Below, in pieces: positions 36,701 to 47,339 of a stretch of 64,000 nucleotides of DNA. The translations under genes were made by a program, and so were the position numbers. This DNA comes from Lingula anatina (lineage: Eukaryota; Animalia; Brachiopoda). Below the pieces are notes generated by a model. That model was not told the DNA's origin, ran no database searches, and saw only the letters and a list, made by a program, of their open reading frames with translations. The stretch is from assembly GCA_051362555.1 (NCBI GenBank), contig CM120649.1, forward strand, positions 12,276,001-12,340,000. The letters run 5' to 3'. How positions within the stretch are numbered: the stretch's first letter is position 1; each line of letters starts with the position of its first letter.

Positions 36701-39238
36701 TTATAAGATATTGAGAAGGAGAAACTTCCTGAATTGATAGACATGTCATCAGGGATGTACATGGGCACTTTGGAATTTTAGGGTGCTGGGGGGTTGAGTT
36801 GTCCCTGGGGGTGGGTGATTCTAAATTGTTTTAGCATTTTGATTTCTCCTAACACTTCCTAGACCATAAGAGTACAGTAATTCAAACTTCCAGAATTGAC
36901 AGACCTATCATCAGGGATGTTCATGAGCTAGTCATAATTAATGTGTACATGGGGGTCGGGGATGGATGACTTTTTTTTACATCAAGCATTTTCCATTCAT
37001 AATTTTTAATGCTGTTTTTATAAAGATTGTTTCAATAACTCTACATAGAGGACCCAGCACTGTGACAATCACAGTTATCAGGGGAATGTGGTCCCTAAGG
37101 ATGAGCTATTCTTTACAATGTGGGGAAGTGTGATGGCTACCCGTTGACATAATCTAGTCAGTGGTTGTGTTACTCACTTCTGCAATCTATCATGAGTGCT
37201 TCAAACCTTTTTAAGAACATGTGTACTGGGGCTTATTTATGAGGCAGTTGGCATTTCGTATGTAAATGTCAACTGTAACATGTTGCAACTAAATGTCAAA
37301 GCAAAATTAGAGAGATTAATTTTAATTAGGAAGGCAAAAAAAGGTCAAATTCCATCCTGAGTCTTAACATTTGCTCTTCCTCTCCAGTCCATGTGCACCC
37401 TACACCTTGTAACACTTGAACTATTGGTATGGTTTCCATTTTTTACTTTTTTCTTCATAATATACATTCATAATATAAAACATAAGTTTAACTTTTTTAG
37501 GGTCCCAGAAGGAAAACACACAAGAGGAAACCCAGAATTTTTGACAACAGCCCTAACTCTGAATTTTCAATATTTATGAATGTAAACGAGTCGAACAGCA
37601 AGTATTTAAGCGAAGTTTCTTTAAATAGTACTACAAAGACAGAATCTGAAAGTAAAGTAGATAGTAGCAGTGAATATTCTGGAAGAAATCAGTGGAGAAA
37701 TGATCTTCGGGAGGTGAACGAGGAGTTTTTCTGTGAACTGCCTGGATGCATACAAAAACTGGCAGATGGCAATAAATGAACTAGATTTTTCATACTATTG
37801 TTCTGTTAATGAGGTACTAAATATTTCGGTGGAAAATACGAATGCATACACTACTAGTGCATACAATGGTGCTAATGAATCTGAATGGAGAGAAGTGACA
37901 CCTCCTGAGCTAAAATATGGCTCAGAGTAATGTAAGTTTGCAGATATTTTGTAACTCTGCCTGTTGCTCAGTATATTTTGTTTAATATATTTTGTAGCAT
38001 TTTGTTTTTTATTTTGATGTGAATGTATAAAGGTCAAAGGTCAAATCCAAGGGCATATTTGAAATCTACACATGACTTTCAGAAAGCTGTCTGTAGAAAT
38101 TTTTCCCATAATTCCTTCCATAGGGTAGATAATTAGCATTTAAATATGCCATTTTTGGACAAGGGTGCATTGCAATGAGTGCCACACCTAGACCCCAATA
38201 CCGACAAAGCCCAAATTTTACGTGGAACGAGTTGAGATTATAGGTGACCTAAGTCCAAGAGATGGGTACGGAGGCCCTTGTAGTCTAGGAGGAGAAGCAG
38301 TAACGATGACATGGCAGCGGAGCCGGCGGAACAGGGGGGTCGGACTAAAACCATGTGTACCAGCCTACGCTGGTGGTACAAAAATAAAACTGTACCTATA
38401 TGCAGCACTTCTATAAAATATATATACTAATATATATATTAATTCAGCCTTGATCTCCTTTATTCAATAAATAACAAGAACTTTAAGATGTTCTGTCATA
38501 AAGAACTTCTTTTTCTACACATTTTATGGCTTATAAAGCCTAAAAAACTGGATCCAACAAAACAACAGGCCTTGAGGGCAGCCACTTGAATTAACTTTCG
38601 TACGTGCTCGGCTGACAGCAATTTAGCATGAACCCCCAGGGAGTTAGGTCGATCCAAATGGATCAATCTACATCTGTGGGAATGCAGTCTTACAGATGCG
38701 TGGACCAAATATGACCAGCCCACTTGAATGATGGCACATAATCCCCACCAGGAATCTATTCAGTGTCTATAAGGGGATTATGCAGCAGGCTTTCAAGTGA
38801 GTATAGGCCATATTTGATGCACAGTTCTGTTTGTCTCTGGATCAACTGGTTGTAAATGCAGCCAAAGGCTGGAGGTAAAAGATCATAGGCTAAAGGTGAG
38901 AGGCCAAAATAGCAAGCCATCAATATGCATGTTAATATACCGAGGTACAAAGAGTTATGGAGTTTAAACTTTCAGAGGTCCATATAAACATCCAATTAAT
39001 CTGATACACAAATTCTGAAAAAAATTGCTTAGAATCAATATAATATTTAAAAAATGGTTTAGCTGAATAAATTATTAATAATTATTATTATAATTATAAT
39101 TATTATTATTATTAAACACAAACCAAGAACAAACTGACCTTCACAACTGTCTGCCACCTCGTAGAAGTCCTCCCCGACCAGGGCCCCGATGTTACTCGTC
39201 AGGCCATGAAGGCCCATGTCCATAACACAGAACTCCAT
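5390..39238 (-). CDS. tim: Timeless (Drosophila-type tim1-like) circadian protein, N-terminal 205 aa in 6 coding exons; gene continues toward or beyond the window start
   Basis: Spliced translation: MEFCVMDMGLHGLTSNIGALVGEDFYEVADSCEEALEELSTKLDEDDVCTLHVRRQLAIGQIIQKDLVPIIKYVKTDPLIIADAIKVFAKVSMPLETLESPVIMGLRSTAQVHQEMQGLLAEAKKVLADEKLAESILEEMRTVLDEETTLSTQGRDLIYWSLILLRNVLSIQVSDMVDPGRIIVMNLLDKGFAGLFTDLVNLPGN. All junctions are GT-AG with compatible phases (1,0,2,0,2,0). Motif order G..G..Y / ED....RRQL...Q...DL.P / LLRN.L.I matches the TIMELESS N-terminal domain as I recall it. Confidence 0.88.
5987..7001. mobile_element. Tc1/pogo-like non-autonomous element
   Basis: TIR ctctgaaatatctaataa / ttattcaatacttcagag, TA on both sides, subterminal repeats; a related end lies near 21830-21922. 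Confidence 0.7.
7065..9048 (+). mobile_element. Helentron-associated (HINE/DINE-like) element, family B copy 1, internally rearranged
   Basis: Begins aaacaaggcagc; internal tandem units; (GACGGC/ATCGGC)n microsatellite; terminal hairpin atgtacagacaca-tc-tgtgtctgtacat; A-rich flanks; homologous to 11851-14043. Confidence 0.78.
10163..10450. repeat. 146-bp tandem duplication of the 3' part and donor of tim exon 5
   Basis: 10163-10304 matches 10309-10450 with 2 visible mismatches. Confidence 0.95.
10358..10473 (-). CDS. tim: timeless coding exon 5
   Basis: ctcttcttgcag|GAG, 116 nt, ETTLSTQGRDLIYWSLILLRNVLSIQVSDMVDPGRIIV, donor AT|gtaagt (phase 2); LLRNVL is a TIMELESS hallmark. Confidence 0.9.
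10456..11620. repeat. 61-bp minisatellite, 19 units, each containing the tim exon 5 acceptor and first codons
   Basis: Unit ggtactcagggWggtctcctgcaagWaRagatttatctcatattataaaacagtggSatgt starts at 10456, 10517, 10578 ... 11554. Confidence 0.97.
11851..14043 (+). mobile_element. HINE-like element, family B copy 2
   Basis: Same termini, hairpin and internal repeats as 7065-9048; a diverged 3' fragment also lies near 14570-14843. Confidence 0.78.
14365..14545 (-). CDS. tim: timeless coding exon 4
   Basis: tttctgctccag|G, 181 nt, VFAKVSMPLETL...MRTVLDE, donor GAG|gtgagc; GC-rich coding bias; overlaps track ORF 14266-14544. Confidence 0.9.
17162..18928 (+). mobile_element. HINE-like element, family C copy 1, with about 4 internal 145-146-bp repeats
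   Basis: aaactag start; sub-TIR tgtaccaccagc / gctggtggtaca; terminal hairpin; extra 137-bp tandem duplication near 18576-18848. Confidence 0.8.
19749..19810 (-). CDS. tim: timeless coding exon 3
   Basis: Strong acceptor tttccttatttcag, 62 nt, DLVPIIKYVKTDPLIIADAI(K), donor gtaagt (phase 2). Confidence 0.9.
20290..20384 (-). CDS. tim: timeless coding exon 2
   Basis: tttcag|AG GCT..., 95 nt, (E)ALEELSTKLDEDDVCTLHVRRQLAIGQIIQK, donor AAG|gtatga (phase 0). Confidence 0.9.
20811..21000 (-). mobile_element. 3' part of a SINE-like retroposon
   Basis: Minus strand reads ggccgtagtctccccagggaggctgag...gccgtatacaagaact with a (CTTTA)n tail. Confidence 0.45.
21020..21155. repeat. inverted repeat / hairpin (small MITE-like)
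   Basis: tgatggtctctccgcctccacacgcaccat pairs with atggcgcgtgtggaggtggggagaccatca across a loop of about 50 nt. Confidence 0.75.
22941..24633 (+). mobile_element. HINE-like element, family C copy 2, with about 5 internal 145-bp repeats
   Basis: Homologous to 17162-18928 with the same sub-TIR and hairpin. Confidence 0.8.
26349..28048. mobile_element. hAT-like non-autonomous element with a nested second element
   Basis: TIR caggggtcaaaacaga / tctgtttcgacccctg flanked by CATTTA on both sides; internal actagccc repeats near 26750 and 27860 suggest a nested MITE. Confidence 0.75.
29056..29214. mobile_element. MITE with 5-bp TSD
   Basis: TIR caggcccgtagccag / ctggctacgggcccg; TCTAT on both sides. 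Confidence 0.8.
31288..32046 (-). CDS. orphan intronless ORF (about 250 aa, hydrophilic, low complexity) nested in a tim intron; gene or retroelement ORF1 remnant
   Basis: Long ORF with GC content above its surroundings; no recognisable domain; ZNF143-like ACTGCAGTTCCCA near 32129. Confidence 0.35.
   Translation of the reverse strand: MGNGNRRRLRKSKKSSRENQAQKGKKQSKQEIEDRACHNSFEEHEEGPSGAGQDHSSSSKGKSRRSLGKAIDASQEREKNDDWGDMSMAGVEKHDAGEIDSSGCRQRFEEMFDKVTSQHQINEKAGDDGFGFELIKDNVGHHEDDSDSQGTIDSIQDEINYHSQGKGCTEQIDVECCYWEVSKEKPWDSLSSQVYTEEKGLVPGCGINGGSQLNGGHVSQRSNSEKQLEDSQKTGWSRRPFKEEFSIRGRCC
34479..34628. mobile_element. truncated family-2 MITE (one end only)
   Basis: gactgcattccca...gatcgacctaactccctggggg; stops at a TTAA. 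Confidence 0.7.
35020..36607 (+). mobile_element. internally deleted hAT-like element: promoter, short N-terminal ORF and right end
   Basis: CpG-rich block with CCACTGGAGGGCGC and ACTTCCGG; ORF 35309 contains PIP-box-like KKQGTLFSYF; gggcaagt subterminal repeats and end gttgagccctg. Confidence 0.45.
37501..37931 (+). pseudogene. decayed exon-like coding fragment
   Basis: ttttttag acceptor, open frame GPRRKTHKRKPRIF...ELPGCIQKLADGNK then stop or frameshift, gtaagt donor; no family recognised. Confidence 0.3.
38030..38381 (+). mobile_element. 3' fragment of HINE family C
   Basis: Matches the 3' ends of copies 1 and 2, ending cgctggtggtaca. Confidence 0.75.
38591..38689. mobile_element. truncated family-2 MITE (same end, inverted)
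   Basis: Reverse complement of 34479 to about 34590. Confidence 0.7.
39139..39238 (-). CDS. tim: timeless coding exon 1 (whole exon 39139-39262, ATG at 39238)
   Basis: Acceptor tgtttcag, in-frame upstream TAA, MEFCVMDMGL...VADSCE, donor G|gtcagt (phase 1). Confidence 0.85.
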
Positions 39239-39945
39239 GCTGTGGTCTTTTTAATCCCTGTCCTGAAACAGCCAGACAACTCTTAGAAAAGCAGAAAAGT
39301 TAATTTGCAAAAAAAAATGACTTGCATATAATAAGACATATTTGCAATGTGAAAGTGTGATATCTATGTAGTTTGTGATTGGGTAATTACTTGAGAACTT
39401 ATCATGAGTCACATGACCCATAGTATCCTTTAATTAACACGTCCGAGTCTAAGTACAGAAACAAGTGAACAATGTAAATAAAAAGATTTATATTGATTCC
39501 ATATATTGATAACATACCCCATTTACGTAGTTAATGCAGCGTTGTTCAAATTTATCAATTAACAGCAATTACTGCTAGATAGACCTAATGATCAAAGTAT
39601 GCACAATCAAAAGTTGTGTTGGAAGACAAACAGTTGTGTTGTATGAACAAATGGACAGAAAAACAGACAAGAACTCTAGCACTGATGAAGATTTTCAAAT
39701 CATAATCCAGAACATAACTTAGACATGTTGCAACAAAAATAACAGCTGGCCGTTTCAAAAGGGCACAAGGCATATACAAAAGCAAAATGAAAAAAAAAAA
39801 ACATGGTGAGTGGATTAAGACTTAAAATATAATGTACACGAAATGGGCCATTTTATACAGACTGTGTAGTTTTCAGGCATAATACATCAGATTTTGCCAG
39901 CTTTCCATCCAAACACATTTTCTTTTAGCTCAAGTTTGCATCTAA

Positions 39946-40171
39946 GGGTGCTTTCCCAGAGATTTAGATCGATCTAAAGATTAAGTTTAAGATCGACCTA
40001 ACTCCCTGGGGGTTCACGCTAAATTGCAGTAAGCCGAGCGGGCACCATAGTTAATTACCCCCATACAGCTTTTAGTAGGCGGGACAGACGCTTAAGCCGG
40101 TCAAGCTGACAGTAATCTAGTGAGACTCCCCACAGGGATAGATCGATCTAAAAATCTATGGAAATGGGGTG
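39946..40171. mobile_element. PIF/Harbinger-like MITE (family 2)
   Basis: TAA TSD; inverted relative to 5088-5302. Confidence 0.8.
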
Positions 40172-40489
40172 TAATCCTCAGCTCAACTAATGGTTTAAAG
40201 TGACAACAAGAATGAGGCAAGTCCTGCCCGGTGTCACACCTATCACAATCTAGGCTTCCACTATTGTTGAGACAAGATTGTGCCATTCCCACAGCTAGTA
40301 CAATCCGTCTTACCTGCTGCTAACTTCATTATTTCCCTTAAAGGATTAAATAATGAATCAAGCCGGATGTTTTCAGCTTTTATGCCAACATTTTTGGGCT
40401 AATTTGACCAATCTTTGTCCAGTAGTTGTCCAGAAAGACATGCCTTATATACTTCTTACCAATATTTTCTCTTATTCAAATGTACTTAA

Positions 40490-42692
40490 AGGACAATAGT
40501 CATATAAAAATCCATTTCTCGAATTCTGAAGATCCAGCACTTAATCTATACACTACAGTTATGTTTTAATCAATCCCCGCCATTTAAAAATTATAAAAAC
40601 AATCTATTAGTAGACAAAAAGCGTTTTAGTAAACCTCACCTCAATATGCATAAATGAAGCAACAGATCTGGGTCACGTGGTACTGTGACGACAATGAGGA
40701 TAAAGGTCTACATATATTTATAAGACTCAACTGAGCTGAAGTGCATACAGACAGAGAAGTTTAGGAAAGTTGTGTTGAACGGAGTTGAGCAATTTTCGTT
40801 ATGCCTCAGTGTGTTGCCTTGGGATTCACCAAAATTGCAGCACTCGTTCACAATCTTTCCTTTGTCTGTGACGGTCTTCCGTGACTTAGTAACTTCGGTG
40901 ACAATAGTTGCGATGCGATGAGATCATGGTCACCTCAGATGGTTTAGATCATATCAAAAGCTGATAGTCTTTCAGATTAACTGTCATCAGTTGGCAAGCT
41001 TACTAATTGCTGATGCATTTTAAATGCATTGTAGTTGACCAAGAGCTTGTTAAAAATAAAACCTGTTAATTATGCACCGCTGCACTTCCCAAGCCAGGTA
41101 ATAACAGGTATCAAACTCGTCTTGGTGGGCTTTCATATTTTTCAATATATCTCATTTATTTCATGGGGTAATATTATTGGTATTTGTAAATGACGTTAAA
41201 TATCAATATTTTTAACAATTGAGTTCAAACACGGTCATGAACATTAATAAAAGTAATTGCTCTCAGGGTATCTTGAAGCATGTGTATGCCCAGGCATTTC
41301 TTCCGTGGAAGAAAACGTGTTGAGGAAAAACAGAAAAAAGAGGGGAATATTAATGAAAACACTTGAGACACTTGGCTTGTCATTTAGTTTTCACGAAAAT
41401 ATGTCAGATAACTTTATACTGCCCTTGAAAGAGTAAAGATTGAAAGATAATTTTAGAGAAACTTTGACGGGGGAAATATCCACAAAGAGTGAAGGGCTAT
41501 TGCACCAACATCTTGTTGAAAATTTTACACTGCAATTCTATTTAAATAAGCAAAGGAACAAATTGCCATATTTAAACTTTCATCACATAACAGGGGCGTA
41601 ACCAGACCTGCAAAAATTATACGCACAGATTTTTTAAAATTCCGAGCACGTACAGCAAAATGTAGACTAACACAAAACATGAAGGGCAGCGTAATCACAG
41701 CAAATGAACCACATACAGTAGCTTTATTAATTTCCATTAATAATAACATCATCATTTAAGTCAAAAATATTCTCGCGATTTAACAGATATTCTAATTTAC
41801 TCATAACGGTATATTTATTTAAAAGAAGGCTAAATGAAATATAGTTTTATCATTTGTTTGTGAAAATTGCCCATGTTACCCTGTTAGTTGGAGGTCTAAG
41901 CTGGATCAAGTCCGTGTTAAGACTCCTATGAAGCTCTGCAGGAAAAAAATTCTTCCTTTGTTTCTCTAGCTCCTCAATAAACCTGGTGTTCAGATTTTAT
42001 CTAGTACCCCCAGGTCTGCGGGAGCTGCTCTTTGAAACTAACACACAGGTAGATTTTTACCTGAGATAAATATCGCCAGACAGAGTGCGTTCTATACTCG
42101 AAAGACAAGACAAAGGAAGTTCCAGTTAGATGGATGATTAAGATAGGACTTGTAAAGGTAACAGGCATTGTTTACCTCAGTTTAATAAAAGTATGCAAGA
42201 CGGGGTGTCAGCGGTTTAATAAAATAAATTGAATTTCACAAATAACATGGACCTCATATGGAATAATCAACAGTACCCTTAAGTCATTCAAATGCAGTGT
42301 TTTATACAACTTGGGATCAGCATAATTCTAAAATGCTTGTTAAAGAATTGAATAGACGGGAAATGGTTTTACACAGCTTCACGAGATTTTAGACCCCTCG
42401 GATAAGAAATTTAATTGAGTATAAACTTTTATCAGAAGCCAGAAAAGTCATCTTACAGGTAGACAATGCAGCTGAGTTTGACAGCTCCGCCGGTGGCACG
42501 ATTGTCGTCATCGGACCACATGACCACGTAGCTCATTAACTCCCAGACCGAGCAAATAGGACGTTATTTAAAGCCCAAAATTTACAAAATGAGCTTTTAA
42601 TTTGTGTATTTGGATAAAGATATCGTTAGTTGGGCATGTTTTCTGAAGAATATGTTCCGTTCAGGCCATTCTGACGCCATGACCATTGTCCT
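40490..42692. mobile_element. non-autonomous Kolobok-like DNA transposon, copy 2
   Basis: TIR AGGACAATAGTCAT / ATGACCATTGTCCT, flanks TTAA and GTAA; no long ORF. Confidence 0.8.
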
Positions 42693-43699
42693 GTAATGAA
42701 CCCATCTCCAACTAAAGTAGACCAAGTATTTGTCTAAAAATTTTAAATTAATGCCAATCTTACAAAACCTTTATAAAATATATCCCTGATTTACATAATA
42801 AATGGCACAGCCTGCGAAAGTCATCTTCTTTTACTGAAAAAAAGCTAGAAAAAAAAAGTTAGGTTACAAGCAGTGAAGGAATAATACAATGATGAGGAAA
42901 ATAAACAAATACAGAGCAATACATGCCCAAGGTTTAGGCACAATGCTGGCCAGCTTTACACTCATATATATATATATAATTCCCTTTAGGAACCATTCTA
43001 TGCATAAAAATATAGAATGATGGAACAGTCAGGGTCGTATGGGCAACTTATTCTGGGTTGCGAATGTGCGCACACACACACACACACACACACAAACATG
43101 CACACAAACACTTGGTTTTGGTGCTGTTTGGCCCCTTAGGGGTTAGAAATTTCAAAGTACTTGTTATTGGAATTAAAAAAGAGTTACAGGACACAGCAGA
43201 GCAAGACTGGATGGAACCGTATCACTGGTAACTGGGATGAAAGAATTATATCTAAAGGAGTAACAGCCTGTAAGCACCTCATCAGAACCTTATTGGGCTT
43301 ACATTATTAATAGCACAGAGAACTGGGTAGCTTTCAGGAGACCCTGTTATGGAAATCATGATTTTAAAGTTGACAAGGTAGATAAAGCAGAAAGATGCCA
43401 TAAGGAACAAATTATAAATATAACAAAATAATTATATCATCATATGTAAATAGAAAGTGGATTACGTAAGTCAAATATAAAATACCAAAATCAATGACCA
43501 TGTATTTCTTTTAAAACACTTGAGTACTAACAGAGAAATGATAAGAAATGTGGTTATTTCTGGTATCACGTGCCCGTTTCCATGTGTGCCTGACCTACTG
43601 CTGTTACCTGATGCGTCTTTCAGTCAATTTCCAATACACCCTGGCCCAAAGGGTAGGAGTGGCACACCAGCCTTTGTTACAGAAGAGTATTCAAGACTG

Positions 43700-44780
43700 A
43701 CTCAAACCCTCAGGTAGAAAAAGTGCATGTGCCTAGTTGCTTAGATATCAATATATACTAGGAATCTCAGGGTAGAAATGGTACACGTGTCTTGGTTAGA
43801 GAGTAGTTTCCAATTAGACTAATCACCTCTGGGTAGAGATGGCACATGTGCCTTGTTTACAAAGTGGTTTTCAATATACTATATATTTAAACTTAGGCAA
43901 AATTGTTGCATGTTCTTTAGTTATAGTGTAATATATTAAAAACTTTACAGTAGAAATGACACACATGTTTTGGTTATTAAAGTTTCAAATAGACTAGGAA
44001 CTTCAGAGTAAAAATGGCACACGTGTCTTGGTTATAAAAGTCTCAAATAGGCTAGGAATTTCAGGGTAGAAATCGCACGTGTCTTGGTTATAAAAGTCTC
44101 AAATAGGCTAGAAATTTCAGGGTTGAAATGGCCCATGTGTCTTGGTTATAAAAGTCTCAAATAGGCTAGAAATTTCAAGGTTGAAATGGCACGTGTCTTG
44201 GTTATAAAAGTCTCAATAGGCTAGAAATTTCAGGGTAGAAATGGCACATGTCTTGGTTATAAAAGTCTCAAACAGGCTAGAAATTTCTGGGTAGAAATGA
44301 CACGTGTCTTGGTTATAAAAGTCTCAAATAGGCTAGAAATTTCAGGGTAGAAATGGCACATGTGTCTTGGTTATAAAAGTCTCAAATAGGTTAGGAATTT
44401 CTGGGCAGAAATGGCACGTGTCTTGGCTATAAAACAGTTTCAAATAAGCTAGGAACTTCAGGGTAGAAATGGCACGTATGTCTTGGTTATAGACGGGTTA
44501 CCAAAAGAATTTGAACTTCAGGGTAAAATTAGCAAGCCAGCTTTGAATATAGAGTGGTTTCTAATATACTGAAGTTCAGGGTAAAAAATGGTACACGTGC
44601 CTTAAATGTAGTGGTATATCTAATATAGTATGAACATCAGGGTAGAAAGGGCACACTTGCCTGGGTTAGAGAGTAGTTTCCAATTAAAACTTCAGGGTAA
44701 AAATGGTACGCGTGCCTTGAATGCAGATGCATATCCAATGTACACTGAATCTCAGGGTACATGTCACATGGCTCACGTGC
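43700..44780. repeat. about 57-bp minisatellite rich in E-boxes
   Basis: Unit cagggtagaaatggcac(ac)gtgtcttggttataaaagtctcaaataggctagaaattt; homogeneous core 43990-44480 with degenerate flanks. Confidence 0.92.
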
Positions 44781-45103
44781 ACATCTACCTTGCAATGTCT
44801 GTGACAACTTTATTGATCCAGGACTTCATTACATCTGGTAAGTTACCTTTCTGTGTGTCAGATTACCGTTTCAATCAGTTCAACCCCATCAAAACCACAG
44901 TCAAGATAAGACTGGTTTGTCCCAAGACAATTGACACGTTTTGGAATTTGATAATAAAAGCATGCATATTTGTAAAAGGAATAAATATCTAAGGTACTAA
45001 CATGTAATGAATGAAGGGACACAACAGGTTATAACTAAAAATCCAAGAACAATGAGAGTTGTTGTCCTTGAACCTTCTAGTTTGGGCCACAGAAAAATAC
45101 TTA

Positions 45104-45319
45104 GACCCCATTTCCAGAGATTAGATCGATCTACTTTAGATCGACCTAACTCCCTGGGGGTTCACGCTAAATAGCTGTCAGCCGGGCGGACACGAAAGTT
45201 AATTACCCCCTTACAGCTTGTAGTAGGCGGGACGGACATTTAAGCCGGATTATCTGACAGTAATCTAGTGAGACTCCCCGCGGGGATAAGATCGATCTAA
45301 AAACTTTGGGAATACAGCC
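45104..45319. mobile_element. PIF/Harbinger-like MITE (family 2)
   Basis: TTA TSD; near-identical reverse complement of 5088-5302. Confidence 0.82.
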
Positions 45320-47306
45320 TTAGATTTCTATCCTCTTAATTTTTTTTTTCAAACTTTATGTTGAGACATCCGTTTGGATCTATTTCAAAGTTTTTCCACT
45401 TATTCTTATCCAAAATGTTTATTTCTACAAATGAATGAAGGGACATAACTGTCAACCTAAAAGACTATTTGTTACTTGCTAAATGTGTTAAAACAACCAA
45501 ACTGAAGAAAACTGCCTTTCATCAAATATTTCTATCAGACTGCTCAAGTCTGGTTATGTCTACACAACATGCTACTCATCCAGACATTAAAAATGATATT
45601 TAAGCATATCAAATTAATAGTCCTGATGTTTTCTTCCTTTAGAAACACGCAGGCAGACATGATAGTCCAAGTGACTGTCCAGTCATTTAGAACTAAATTA
45701 TTTAATTAGAAATGATATAAAACAATGATTACAAGTACATGGACAGGTTGGACAGTGATTCTTGAGTAGAAAAAATATGATCAGACAGAAAGAATCCAGA
45801 AAGGATGTTTTTAATTTCATTCTCAGAGACCATCGCTGTGATTATAAATTTATTCAATTTCATCCTCAAAGAAGTCCTATCACTATGAATGCCAATTAGT
45901 ATTCGATTTTATTATCAGAGACTAATACTGCAAATACAAATAACAATATTAAATTTTTACCATTCACAAAGAGAATAACTGTGAATAAAAACTGATTCAG
46001 AGACTTTCACCGAGACTAAAAATGTGGTTCACCATTCCTAGGAAACGATATAGTACATGTTTTGCAACAGGTAAATATATCAAAGGTATATTTTAAAAGA
46101 ATCTGTGAAAAATAGCTTTGTAAATGCAGACAGCATGTCACCCCTAAAAAAGTAAATCATCTTGGGAAGCAATTCATCTACTGGTATCTGACATAGAGAT
46201 CAGGCTTTTAAATTCAAAGCAATGAGAGTTTGACTTACTCATTAGTATCAGAAATATGAAAATTCCGATGAAGCTTACAATTAATTAATTCCATTATATG
46301 GCTCTAATGTGCAACAAACCAGCAAGAGATCAGCAAGCCATGTCCTTTATCTCACCTTTCCTAACACAAATGTCAATTAGCCAAACATGGGAAGTCTATT
46401 TACCTGTGAAGTCTAACGTATTACATAAAGTTCTCTCGCTCCACTGTTAGGGTATGCTATAGGATACATGTTTTTAGGTAAAACAAAAAGGGTAATTTCA
46501 GCCTTCACTTTAAAAAAAACACAGCAGTTCGTTATTTACCTTACAAGATGTTTGGCAATTGCTGAGCATTCACCATTCTCCATGAATGTGTTTGGAATGC
46601 TCATCTTTACCAACTCTCTCTCTTTATCTGTGCATGTGTATGTGTATGTGCACATGCATGTGTGACACAACGCTGCGCAAGCCTCATGGACACCCTAAGG
46701 ACTCGTGGACATTTATCTATCAAACTAAACATTTCGAGACCACCATGCTTTTAGAAATACTCTTAAGAGCTTTTTAAATAATTTTTTCATATACATTCTA
46801 CTATTTGTGTGTAATCTCTTCATAGTGTAACTGTTTTTTATCAATCAATAATGAATCAATAAACAAAATATACAATTAGCATATTTACATACACAAATAA
46901 ACAGGACAGATGAGTCAATACAGGAACATGACACTCATGCCATTATAATTATGAAAATCACTGCTTGTAATGCTAGTGCAAGACAATATAACAGTGTTTT
47001 CTTATCAAACACGTGAGACACGTTTTTCAGAAAGGCAGAGGCAAGAAAAGCGAGTTTACGATGACAAAATCTGTATGAAGTTGAACCTGCAACTAGAAAA
47101 ATAACCCCTTGAGAATTCAAATATTGATTCACAAATCCACAAAGTTGTCAGATGAAAATGGGCAACATAACACTTTTTAATAATCAAATATACTAAAATG
47201 GTTCAGTTTTAGAAGGACACGGCTAACTAAACATAAGCAACCTATTTAATATGTTGTACAAAACTGTGTAAAAAGTGAAAAGAGAGAAAATAGTATTCCT
47301 TGCCCG

Positions 47307-47339
<33 letters not shown>

